From IMG/VR virus record IMGVR_UViG_3300002641_001608: DNA of 64,000 nucleotides; one strand, written 5' to 3'. The position numbers and the translations under genes were made by a program. The notes under the pieces were generated by a model that was not told where the DNA came from, searched no databases, and saw only the letters and a list, made by a program, of their open reading frames with translations. This stretch comes from a virus. This document shows positions 53,399 to 63,651 of this stretch, piece after piece (within the stretch, counting starts at the first letter, position 1; every line of letters starts with the position of its first letter).

Positions 53399-53608
53399 AT
53401 GTCTGATGTATCACTAGAAACAAAAATTCTTAAATCATTTCAGAAATATGAAGGTGTGAGTGATAACAATTATATTGTATGTATAGGAGATGATTGGGGA
53501 GATGATAATATATATGAGTGTACAGTGGAAGAGCAAAAAGAAAATGGAAAAGTATATTTAGTGACTTGCTCTAAATCAGGTATAGTTAAAGATACGTGCC
53601 AATTATAA
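53399..53608 (+). CDS. small hypothetical protein
   Basis: ORF with GGAGG RBS. Confidence 0.6.
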   Translation: MSDVSLETKILKSFQKYEGVSDNNYIVCIGDDWGDDNIYECTVEEQKENGKVYLVTCSKSGIVKDTCQL

Positions 53609-53622
53609 ATTTTAGACAAATT

Positions 53623-53660
53623 AAAGATGTAGATAAAAAATTTCTACATCTTTTTTTAAT
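53623..53660 (+). terminator. rho-independent terminator
   Basis: aaagatgtaga-taaaaaatt-tctacatcttt then ttttt. Confidence 0.88.
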
Positions 53661-53739
53661 TTTTTGTTCAAATTTGAATTCAATTTGAGGTATATTATTA
53701 TAGAGATACAAATTCATTTATGGGTAAACGGAGGTAATA

Positions 53740-55644
53740 ATGAATATTGAAGAGTTAGAAGGTCAGATTGCTTACTATGCAACAAAATATTATTTAGGTG
53801 AGCCTGAAATTACTGATGCTCAATTTGATAGTTTAGTGGACCAATTGAGAGTATTAAATCCTAAGTCTAAAGTTTTAAATACTGGTTGGGGATTTGATGT
53901 TGTTGATGATAAAGTGAAACACAAATATTCACATATAGGTAGTTTGGATAAAGCTAAAACATATGATGAAATACCTGATAGATTTAAGGATAAAACTATA
54001 TATATTTCTCCAAAATTAGATGGGTTATCAGCTGTAGCTTATTACAAAAATGGTAAATTGGTGAAGGGTGTAACGAGAGGTAATGGTGAATATGGTAAAG
54101 ACATCACATTAAAATTATATAAAATTTTGGGTGATAAAATTAATGATATTAATTTTACAGGTGCTGTTAGGGGTGAGCTTATAATAAGTAATAATAATTG
54201 GGCTAAGTTACAACAAAAATATGATAATTTGATTGCACCTAGAAATTTTGTAGCTGGTATAATTAATCGTAAAGAAATTGATGAAGATATAAATTTTGTT
54301 GATTTAGTTGTGTATAAAATTGTAGGACAGGAAAATAGACCAATGTTCTCTGATAGGCAACAAGTTATATTTTGGCTTAATAGTAATTTTAAACACTCTA
54401 TTCCTGAATATTATTATCCAGTATTGAATGAAGCCTCGTGGTCTATGTATCACGATATTACATTTGAGCAATTTAAACAAATGGGATATGGTTTAGATGG
54501 TTTAGTATTAACTGACCCAATAGTTCAATATAATAGTCAGACAATGGGATATGTATATAATGAAGAGGCGTTTAAATTTCCTGCTGAAACAACTACAACA
54601 ACTATAAAAGAAATACAGTGGGAACTCTCTAGAACACAACGATTAATTCCTGTTGCAGTAGTAGAGCCTGTTGAATTAAGTGGTGCAATAGTAGAAAGAG
54701 CGACTTGTAATAATGCTCAATGGGTAAAAGAGATGCAATTAGGGGCTGAGGCAGAAGTGGAGATAACAAGGTCTAATGAAGTTATACCACAAATTTTAAC
54801 TGTGTTACAGCCATCATCAGAGCCATTACCTGAGAGATGTCCAATATGTGACAGTGAGTTAATTTGGGATGGTGTAGATTTAAAATGTAATAATAGTTTA
54901 TGTCAAAACATAAAGTTGAGTGATTTACAACAATGGTGTGAAAGTGTGGGAGAAACAGATGGATTACAATTTACAATTATGAAGCAATATTTAGATAAGT
55001 ATGGTATAGTAGATATAGTTGATTTATATAATAAGCAACAATTAGTATTGGATGATTTATATAGTAAGAAATTAACTATAACTGAAACAAAAATACTGGA
55101 GTTCTTTAACAAATTATATTTGGATGCTGTACCAATTGAAAAAGCTTTAATAGGATTGAATATACCTCGTTTAGGTGAAAAGACAGCTAAGCTGTTAAGT
55201 AGTAGAAAGGATTTAATAGATAGTTTAGTTAAAATGGCTACACAGTCAATTTATACAGAAGTATATGATTGGATATATACACAGTTGGTTAGTATTGTTA
55301 AGGAGGCTACAACAATATCAATATGTAATAATTTAAGTAAATTTAGAACATTAAGATACTTATATGATAGTTATTTTGAAAAATCAAGGTTAATTTATCA
55401 AGATGTTAAATCAAATGTAAAATATGTTGCTGTCACAGGCTCATTAAATACAATGAAACGAAAAGATTTTGAAAAATTTATATCGGAGTATGGATATGAA
55501 TTAAACAGTAATTTAAAAAAATGTGAATATCTGATTACAAATAATCCGGATAGTGGTTCTACTAAAAATAAACAAGCAAGAGATATTGGTATAAAAATTA
55601 TTACGGAAGAAGAATTTTTAAATTCTCTACAAAAATTAAACTGA
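53740..55644 (+). CDS. ligA: NAD-dependent DNA ligase
   Basis: SPKLDGLSAVAYYKNGKLVKGVTRGNGEYGKDIT; CPICDSELIWDGVDLKCNNSLC; BRCT-like tail. Confidence 0.93.
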   Translation: MNIEELEGQIAYYATKYYLGEPEITDAQFDSLVDQLRVLNPKSKVLNTGWGFDVVDDKVKHKYSHIGSLDKAKTYDEIPDRFKDKTIYISPKLDGLSAVAYYKNGKLVKGVTRGNGEYGKDITLKLYKILGDKINDINFTGAVRGELIISNNNWAKLQQKYDNLIAPRNFVAGIINRKEIDEDINFVDLVVYKIVGQENRPMFSDRQQVIFWLNSNFKHSIPEYYYPVLNEASWSMYHDITFEQFKQMGYGLDGLVLTDPIVQYNSQTMGYVYNEEAFKFPAETTTTTIKEIQWELSRTQRLIPVAVVEPVELSGAIVERATCNNAQWVKEMQLGAEAEVEITRSNEVIPQILTVLQPSSEPLPERCPICDSELIWDGVDLKCNNSLCQNIKLSDLQQWCESVGETDGLQFTIMKQYLDKYGIVDIVDLYNKQQLVLDDLYSKKLTITETKILEFFNKLYLDAVPIEKALIGLNIPRLGEKTAKLLSSRKDLIDSLVKMATQSIYTEVYDWIYTQLVSIVKEATTISICNNLSKFRTLRYLYDSYFEKSRLIYQDVKSNVKYVAVTGSLNTMKRKDFEKFISEYGYELNSNLKKCEYLITNNPDSGSTKNKQARDIGIKIITEEEFLNSLQKLN

Positions 55645-55677
55645 ATTTGAGGTATAATATAATAGGAGTGTGTTGAT

Positions 55678-55951
55678 ATGATATTTAGAGATTATTACTA
55701 TGATATGAAATATCGGAAGAATAGTAGCATCAGCACTTAGGAAGGGGTCTAAATTATATATAGGTAAAACACATTCGGATTGTTTTAAACAAGAGGCAAT
55801 GGGAGTGTTACGAGGTGCAGAACAAGGTTTTATTACAGAGACATATACATTTGTTGATAGAAAATTAGCTTTAAAGATAGCTAAACACTATAATCAAATA
55901 AAACACAAACACCCACCAAAGGATGAATTACTAAGTGAAGATTTAAATTAA
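55678..55951 (+). CDS. hypothetical protein visible only with +1 shift at CGG 55714
   Basis: MIFRDYYYDMKY-(C)-GRIVASALRKGSKLYIGKTHSDCFKQEAMGVLRGAEQGFITETYTFVDRKLALKIAKHYNQIKHKHPPKDELLSEDLN. Confidence 0.75.
55714..55716 (+). other. in-frame CGG +1 shift site (UAU CGG A)
   Basis: Opens a 90-codon gene absent from ORF track. Confidence 0.8.
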
Positions 55952-55969
55952 TTATAGGAGGTATATAAA

Positions 55970-57082
55970 ATGTTTGATTTAATGGTTACAAAATGTGTAT
56001 CACCAAAATCAGTTAGTTGGGAGGGACCAACTACAATGTTAATGGATATAGGAGATGATGAGGGTCCACAGATGTACAATTTGTTGAAAGGTGCTGAAGA
56101 TTTTATACATACACAAATAGGTGTAAAACCAGCAACAAGTAAAGAGTTGTTTAAAAAATCTAAAGAATTGTGGAAACAATTAAGAGACATACAATTAAGT
56201 GAAGCAAAAGACCAAGTGTCAGAAGTTTTACAATTTTATCTAGAAAAACCAACATTATTGTATTTAGTAAATGACCATAAAGATATAGTTGATATGATAC
56301 AATTTAAAAGTATTGAGGAGATGGAAGAATTTAAAGTTCAACATCAAAATTATATATTAGAAATTACAACGGTAAACAATACAAAAAAATTTTTCACGGA
56401 CGGCAAAAATGGTTTAGTTAAGTTAATTTGTTATGACAAAGAAATAGATGTAGCAACAGCAGAATATACACCAGTTGTAATACTGGAATTGAATAATAAA
56501 AAATCAAAATATGAGGTATATAGTGGTATATTAATTTATAAAGATTTTACATTTATTCCGTCAATTAGTTATGATGTTTCGGATAAAAGTTTGGGGTCAT
56601 TTATACAATATTTTGATATGGCAAGTTATTTGAAGTATGCAACAGATAGAGCTGAAGATTTGTATAAATCATATAAATTGTTCCAAGAAAATCCAGTTGA
56701 AATAAGTGTTAGAGAGATGACCGGATTGTGTGGTAAAGTTGGTTATAAGTTAGAATTAGATGATGAAACAAAGTTGCATCCTATAGAAGCTTTATCAGAT
56801 GAAGAAAATAATAGAAGAATACAAGAATTTTATAATACATTTAAGGATATATCAGGTGAAACAACTTATGAAATTTTACAACTTAGTGATTTAAGAAAGA
56901 CATTTAGATATAATAAATTAACACTATTAGAAGTATTAGGAATATTATCTAAGGAATATTTAACATATGATGGTTCTAAAATAACAGCTGAAATTTTAGG
57001 GGACATTGTTTATAAATTAATGAATAATAAAAATGTAGATAAGTTGCAAGTAGAGGATGTTAAAAAGGATGTTAAAAATTAG
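55970..57082 (+). CDS. hypothetical protein
   Basis: 370-aa ORF. Confidence 0.65.
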   Translation: MFDLMVTKCVSPKSVSWEGPTTMLMDIGDDEGPQMYNLLKGAEDFIHTQIGVKPATSKELFKKSKELWKQLRDIQLSEAKDQVSEVLQFYLEKPTLLYLVNDHKDIVDMIQFKSIEEMEEFKVQHQNYILEITTVNNTKKFFTDGKNGLVKLICYDKEIDVATAEYTPVVILELNNKKSKYEVYSGILIYKDFTFIPSISYDVSDKSLGSFIQYFDMASYLKYATDRAEDLYKSYKLFQENPVEISVREMTGLCGKVGYKLELDDETKLHPIEALSDEENNRRIQEFYNTFKDISGETTYEILQLSDLRKTFRYNKLTLLEVLGILSKEYLTYDGSKITAEILGDIVYKLMNNKNVDKLQVEDVKKDVKN

Positions 57083-57093
57083 GGGGTAATTGA

Positions 57094-57483
57094 ATGGCGT
57101 TTTCAATGAAGGGTGTTACATCACTGAAAGAAAAACGCAAGGGTATGATTAGAGCATTATTTGCTATATTAAATAATGATGAAAGGTTAACTCCTGCTAT
57201 ATCAGATGCATTAAGAGCTTATTTAAATTATATGCTTAACACTATAGGAAATACTGTGTTAAAGAAAGAAAATTTTGAATTAGAGCTAGATAGATTATTG
57301 GCAGGTTCTTGTGATACGAGAGTAGCAATTTTAACTAAATATGAAATAGTCCAAAATGAGACTAAAATTATAAATAATATAAAGAAAGCAATTAGTTTAG
57401 GTGGATTAAGTCGTTTAAATTATGACAAGAAGTCAGAGTTTTTACGAGCTTTAAAATATAGTGAGAGGCAATTTAGGAGGTGA
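57094..57483 (+). CDS. hypothetical protein
   Basis: ORF with GG..G RBS. Confidence 0.6.
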   Translation: MAFSMKGVTSLKEKRKGMIRALFAILNNDERLTPAISDALRAYLNYMLNTIGNTVLKKENFELELDRLLAGSCDTRVAILTKYEIVQNETKIINNIKKAISLGGLSRLNYDKKSEFLRALKYSERQFRR

Positions 57484-57488
57484 TTTAG

Positions 57489-58184
57489 GTGGCAATGTTT
57501 GATAGAATACTAGATAATGTATTGAAAAGTGTTGGAACTTATCCAGCTGAGTATGAAAATAGTGTTATAAGTGAAATTGATATGTATATAGATAGTAGTA
57601 ATTTACCAATTATGTATCAAAAATTACGATTAGATGAAACAAAGCTGCCTAAAAATCTAAAGACATTTTTTAAAAATGTTCCAAAATATTTGCAAGAGGA
57701 TGAAAGTGTTATTATTTTTGTAAATGAATTTAAGACAAGTGGTTATATTAGTGCTATGTTTTATGAGAACATTTTAAATGATTGTTTAATTGCAGATAAG
57801 CACGTTCCAACAGTTTTGTATATAGATACCAATTTATTAATTGAATACTTTGGATATATGATGGATGCAAGTAAGGGTTTAAATGTTGGTGAACAACAGT
57901 TATTTTTACCTGATATTGTAAATAATCGTATATATACAGCAGATGTTGTTATATGGGATAAATTCGATTATAGCAAGGTTGCATATGCAAATCGTAAATT
58001 ATATGAAATTTTGACAATACGTTATAATAGATGTTTAAAAAATGTGTTCTTTGTAAGGTCAGATACTAAAAAATTAATAGATAAATTTGGTTCAGATATG
58101 ATTGATGTTATGAACTTGAATTATTTTGTTGATTTAAGTGGATATGAAAAAGAAGATTTTGTGTACAAAGGAGATAATAAATAA
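57489..58184 (+). CDS. hypothetical protein
   Basis: 231-aa ORF. Confidence 0.6.
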   Translation: MAMFDRILDNVLKSVGTYPAEYENSVISEIDMYIDSSNLPIMYQKLRLDETKLPKNLKTFFKNVPKYLQEDESVIIFVNEFKTSGYISAMFYENILNDCLIADKHVPTVLYIDTNLLIEYFGYMMDASKGLNVGEQQLFLPDIVNNRIYTADVVIWDKFDYSKVAYANRKLYEILTIRYNRCLKNVFFVRSDTKKLIDKFGSDMIDVMNLNYFVDLSGYEKEDFVYKGDNK

Positions 58185-59435
58185 TGATAGATAGAGATAG
58201 ATTAGAAAAGTCTCTTCTATTAGGGATAGTAAGAGATAAAAATTGGGATGTATTGTTATTAAATAATATAACAAAGGATTGTTTTTCAGTTGCTAATTAT
58301 GAATTATATGAATATATTAAGAAGTTTGCAAATGAGGGTAAGTATCCAGATATTAGAATAGTTTCAAATGTATTTGATATTTCAGAAGAAATGTTACGAG
58401 AGTATTTAATGATTGGCAATTTAAATGAATTATGTGATGTATTACATAATGAATATGTCAAAAATCAATTAGAATACAAGGTAGGACAGCTTAATGATTT
58501 TGTGAGTGAAATGGAGACTGACCCCGTTAAATATATAGATAGATTAAGTAGAGTTGTTGAAGATGTACGACAAATAAGTTATCATACTAAATCAGTTGAT
58601 TTATTTGAGAATATTGAGGAAATATTAAAGATAGATAAATCAAATGTTATAAGTACAGGATTTAAAGAGTTGGATGATAAATTGATTGGGTTTAAACGAG
58701 GTGAAGAATTAGTTGTACTTGCTGGTAGAACTGGACAAGGAAAAACTTGGATGGGTTTAAAGTTTGCAATGTCAGCAGCATTTCAAGGTAATAAGGTTGG
58801 TCTATATTCTGGTGAAATGAGTACGCAACAATTACAAGAGAGAATGTTGTGTTGTGCAAAACCAACATATACATCAACACAAGAAGAAGCAATGAAAGTA
58901 ATTAAAGAAAAAGATGCATTTGTAAGAGTAATAACACAAAAAGAATTAAGACGTAGGGCAAATGTATCAGATATAGAGGAATTTATAATAAGAGATAATT
59001 TAGATATGGTTGTAATAGACCAATTATCTTTAATGGAAGATAATACTAGCAAGCCACGGAACACCACTCAGACAACAATATGGTAATATATCAATGGATT
59101 TATTTTCATTAACGACAAAATATAATATTCCAATAGTTTTGTTAGTACAAGTAAATAGACAAGGTAATGAAAATAAAGGTGGTCCCCAACTAGAAAATAT
59201 AGCAGAGAGTGATGCAGTAGCACAAAATGCAACAAGGGTAATAACTTTAAAAAAGGAAGGACCAATGCTTACATTAAATATTGTAAAAAATAGATATGGG
59301 GATGTAGGTACACAACAATATGATGTTGATTATGGTAAAAATAAATATAAAGCTGTTACAGATTACACTCAGACAGTTGCATCAAATAGACGAACTAGAG
59401 ACATAAATCCATACAGAAGTGGCAGAACATTTTAG
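58184..59435 (+). CDS. dnaB: replicative DnaB-like helicase, one +1 shift at CGG 59057
   Basis: ELVVLAGRTGQGKTWMGLKFAMSAA; MDMVVIDQLSLM; TSKP-(C)-GTPLRQQYGNISMDLFSLTTKYNIPIVLLVQVNRQG. Confidence 0.92.
59057..59059 (+). other. in-frame CGG +1 shift site (CCA CGG A)
   Basis: Joins DnaB halves. Confidence 0.95.
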
Positions 59436-59437
59436 AG

Positions 59438-60410
59438 GTGAGTAATGTGGATATAGATGAAAATTTGATACGAGATATGCAGAGCTACTTACTGTTAAAA
59501 ACAGGTATAAGATATTTTGGTAGGATTAAGTCTACTCCAAATGATATAATGGTGAGTTGTCCGTTTCATAAGGGTGGGCAAGAAAGAAAACCAAGTTGTG
59601 GAATAAAAAGATATGCAGATGAAAAAGGTAGTGCAGGAACTGTACATTGCTTTAGTTGTCGGTGTTACAACAGATTTGAGTGGTATGTTAAAAGATATTT
59701 TAGGTTCGCTTTATAATGAAGATGAAGTTGAAGCTAAGTTTAATTTACTATCAATGAGGGTGCAGAATATAGTACAAAATAAACCTAAGTCGTTGTTCAC
59801 TTTACCTAAAAAGGTAGATATTGTAAACGAAGATTTACTGAAAAAATTTAGAGTATATCATCCATATTTAGCTCAGCGTGGTATAAGTGAAAATACAGCA
59901 AAATTGTATGATATTGGATTTGATGATATAAATAAACATATTACATTTCCAATTAAAAACATTAATAATAAGTGTATTGGAATTGGTAGAAGATATATTT
60001 TGAAAAAAGAATATTACTATCCACCACAAATGATAAAACCATTATATGGGTTGTATGAATTAGAATACCCTATAAGATTTTTATATGTTGTTGAAGGTCC
60101 ATTTAATTTATGGAGTTTATCAGAATGGGGTAAAAAAGGAGTAGCTTTATTAGGTACAGGTACAGCTTATCAATATGACCAGTTAAGTAATGTTGTTTGT
60201 GATGGATATGTTTTAGCACTAGACCCAGATGATGCTGGCAGGAATGGTACAAAAAAGATAATAAAATATTTATTAAATAAAGATAAGTCTAGAATATATG
60301 TATTAGACTTACCAGATGGTCGAGATGTAAATGATTTATCACACCAAGAATTTAAGAATATTAATGTATTAACATATAAGGAGTGGCAATATAAATATAA
60401 ATATTTTTAA
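59438..60410 (+). CDS. dnaG: DnaG-like primase, GTG start, one +1 shift at CGG 59660
   Basis: CPFHKGGQERKPSCGIKRYADEKGSAGTVHCFSC-(C)-GVTTDLSGMLKDI...; Toprim EGPFNLWSL..ALDPDDAGRNG. Confidence 0.92.
59660..59662 (+). other. in-frame CGG +1 shift site (UGU CGG U)
   Basis: Restores primase HCFSCG zinc motif. Confidence 0.96.
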
Positions 60411-60598
60411 TGTATATAGTAAAAAATAGAATTAAAATGAGGTATATTATATTAGAGGGTATAAACTCTCTGTTAATATAAATTTAGTATTAGTCGCAAG
60501 TGCAAAATATCTCAAAAAGGAAAAATCTAAAATAGTTGCAAGCTGAGAATATATAGCACTGAAAACTAAAATTTAAAAAAAGAAAGGAGAGATTAGTT

Positions 60599-61255
60599 AT
60601 GGCTATGCGATTAACAGATACTAAAAAAGACTTATCAGGAGGAGGTAGTTCATTCTTTAAGTTGCCAGAAGGTCAATCAACAAATGTAAGATTTTTATAT
60701 ACAACTGTTGATGACATCATTGCAGAAGGAATGGTGGCACACGTTATACAACCAAGTGAAAGTGGACAAGCATATTCAACAACAGTATTATGCAACAAAG
60801 ATAGTGATGATGACCCTGATGAAAAATGTAAGTGGTGTGCTTCAGGAAATAAACAAGTAGGTAGATATCCATTAGTGTTATTTAATGAGGATGCACAACA
60901 AGTTCAATATTGGTTAAAATCTAAACAATATGTTGATGGACTTTTAGCACAGTTAAGTGCAATAATACCACAAGGTCAACCAATATCAGGACAAATATTT
61001 CAAATGATTAGAACAGGTAAGGGAACTCAGACACAGTATAATATAATACCAAAGGGAACAAACGACGGTAAGATTGCTAGTCAATTTGGTGAAATTAAAG
61101 CACCAGAGGAAAGAAATTTAATAAGACCAGCAGATTATGATTTTCCAGTTATAGCAAATGGTGGAGCAAACTTTCAACACTCTGGAAATTATAATCAAGG
61201 TAATAATTTTAATGGAAATTTCCAAAGTACAAGAAGAACAACTGATGTATTTTAA
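60599..61255 (+). CDS. single-stranded DNA-binding protein, gp32-like
   Basis: FFKLPEGQSTNVRFLYTTVDD...CKWCASGNKQVGRYPLVLFNEDAQQVQYWLKSKQYVDGL. Confidence 0.7.
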   Translation: MAMRLTDTKKDLSGGGSSFFKLPEGQSTNVRFLYTTVDDIIAEGMVAHVIQPSESGQAYSTTVLCNKDSDDDPDEKCKWCASGNKQVGRYPLVLFNEDAQQVQYWLKSKQYVDGLLAQLSAIIPQGQPISGQIFQMIRTGKGTQTQYNIIPKGTNDGKIASQFGEIKAPEERNLIRPADYDFPVIANGGANFQHSGNYNQGNNFNGNFQSTRRTTDVF

Positions 61256-61271
61256 TGAGGAGGTATTATAA

Positions 61272-63644
61272 ATGGCTTTATTTGATTTACCAAGTGACAA
61301 ATCAAAAAAACAAAGTAGTAAATCGGGTAGTCAAATAAAACTTAAAAAAGGTGATACTGTACAATCATTAATAGAAACAGCTAAAAAATTAGTTGATGAA
61401 AAATTAGGTAATTATAAGAAAATGAGCAGGTGTGTCACCAATGTTGAAGATTTGCAGTCTTTCTTTGATGAGACACCTGAAAATGCATATATGGCAATAG
61501 ATACGGAAACAACTGGGTTGAATACGTTTACAGATACATTGGTAGGTGTTTGTTTATGTAATCGGAAAACAAGCCATATATGTACCATTAAATCATAAAT
61601 CATATGTAGATGGTATAATATTACCTGATTGGATACAGATGTCATCAATTAAGTTTAAAGAACTATTTGAAAAAATATTAGATACAAGAACATTTAAATA
61701 TATATATCATAATGCTAAATTCGACCTTAGTGTGATGAGGACATTTATGGGGAGACCAATGCCAGACCCATATTGGGACACTATGCTTGCCTCACAGCTA
61801 TTATGGCAAGATGAAGAACACTCTTTGAAATTTCAATACAATAAATATGTAGCAGTAGAAGATGAAGGAGTAAATAGATTTGACAATTTATTTCACGGTA
61901 TAACATTTGATTATGTTCCGTTAGAAACAGCTACAGTATATGGTGCAAAAGATGCTTTTATGACATTGGCATTATTTGAGTACCAATATAAAAAGCTAAA
62001 TGAACCTGAGTTTGAGGGTGTTAAGTATGTAATGGAAAATATAGAAATGCCATTACTACCAATATTAGAGGATATGCAGCGTACTGGTGTTAATTTGAAT
62101 ATGGCAATGTGTGATGAGTTTAAAGAAAAATATTCAATAAGATTAGCAGAAGCTGAAAAGAAAGTATATGCAGAAATAAATAAATATAAAGAGCAAATAG
62201 ATGAATATAGAATAAAACATTTTAATAAAAAATTAGATGACCCGATATTATTAACTAGTCCATCTCAATTAAGTATTTTATTTTATGATATTATAGGATA
62301 TAAATTAAAAAAAGGTGGAAGAGGTACTGGTAGAGCTGAATTACAAGAAATAAATACAGACTTAACTAAAGCTTTACTAGAGTTTAGAGCGATGCAAAAA
62401 TTGATAGATGCATTTATAGTCGCACTACCTGATAGAGTTGATAAGGGATTTGATAATAAGATACACACTAGCTTAAATCAGTATGGTGCTGCAACTGGCA
62501 GATTTTCGAGCTCAGACCCTAATCTACAACAAATTCCTAGTAGAGGTGAGGGTAAAGAGCTAAGAAGATTATTTGGTGCAACACCACGGTTATATATTGA
62601 TGAGTTCCGATTTCAGTCAACAGGAACCAAGATGTTTAGCAAGTTTAGCTGATGATGCAAAAATGCAGGAAGCATATGCAACAGGTAAAGATTTATATGC
62701 AACAATGGCATCAGAAATATATAAAATGCCATATGCTGATTGTATGGAATTTTATTTAGATGAAAATGGTAAGAAAACAGATAAGACAAATCCGGAAGGG
62801 AAGAAAAGAAGAAGTGCAACTAAATCAATATTATTGGGTATAATGTACCGGAAGAGGTGTAGCATCAGTTGCAGAACAAATACATAGTACAACTGAAGAA
62901 GCACAGAAGATTATAGATGATTTTTATATATCATATCCAACAATTAAAAATTTTACAGAGCTGGTACAAAATAATGCTAAAAGAGATGGATTTACAACAA
63001 CAGCTTGGGGTCGTAGAAGATATTTACAACACATTCAAGACCAACCATATAGTTATAGATATAACGATAAAAGGAAGGTTGACTTTAATCCATTATTTAC
63101 AGCAAAAAGTGTTATAAATAAAAAAGTACCACAAGATATAATAGATATGTATAATGCACAATTAGAAAAAGCTAATTTTAATAAACAGAAGAAAATTATT
63201 GAGCAAGCTGAAAAAGATGGTATAACTATTTTAAATAATAAGAGTTTTATTGCTGAAGCATTAAGACAGTGTTTAAATAGTGTTATACAAGGAAGTTCAG
63301 CAGATATGTCAAAACGTGCTATGATAATGATAGGACAAAATGAGGAATTAAAAAAATTAGGATTTAGGATGCTATTTCCTGTACACGATGAGATAATAGC
63401 AGAATGTCCATTTGAAAATCGTAAAAGATGTGCTGAGCTAATGTCAAAATTAATGATACAATCAGGTGCAGACAAGATAAAAGTTCAAATGAAATGCGAT
63501 GTAGAGTGTTTCTTTGTATGGTATGGGGATGATGTATCAACTGAGGATAATGAAATAACAGCAATGCAGTATAAAGATTATATGGAGACAGGTAAGTATT
63601 ATGGTGAAGATTACTATAAAGAAAAATTAAAACAGGAGGCATAA
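61272..63644 (+). CDS. polA: family A DNA polymerase, three +1 shifts at CGG 61563, 62587 and 62849
   Basis: AIDTETTGL exo motif; LCN-(C)-GKQAIYVPLNH; GATP-(C)-GYILMSSDFSQQEPRCLA (motif A); LGIMY-(C)-GRGVASVAEQ (motif B region); PVHDEIIAECPF (motif C). Confidence 0.95.
61563..61565 (+). other. in-frame CGG +1 shift site (AAU CGG A)
   Basis: Joins ORF 61272 and ORF 61546. Confidence 0.95.
62587..62589 (+). other. in-frame CGG +1 shift site (CCA CGG U)
   Basis: Restores PolA motif A context GYILMSSDFSQQEPR. Confidence 0.96.
62849..62851 (+). other. in-frame CGG +1 shift site (UAC CGG A)
   Basis: Restores IMYGRGVASVAEQ. Confidence 0.96.
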
Positions 63645-63651
63645 ATTAGTT

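Noticed and set aside
62917-63117. Short plus-strand ORF within polA
   Set aside because: Wrong frame; polymerase frame after the shift at 62849 runs from 62850 to 63644 and includes the RDGFTTTAWGRRR region.
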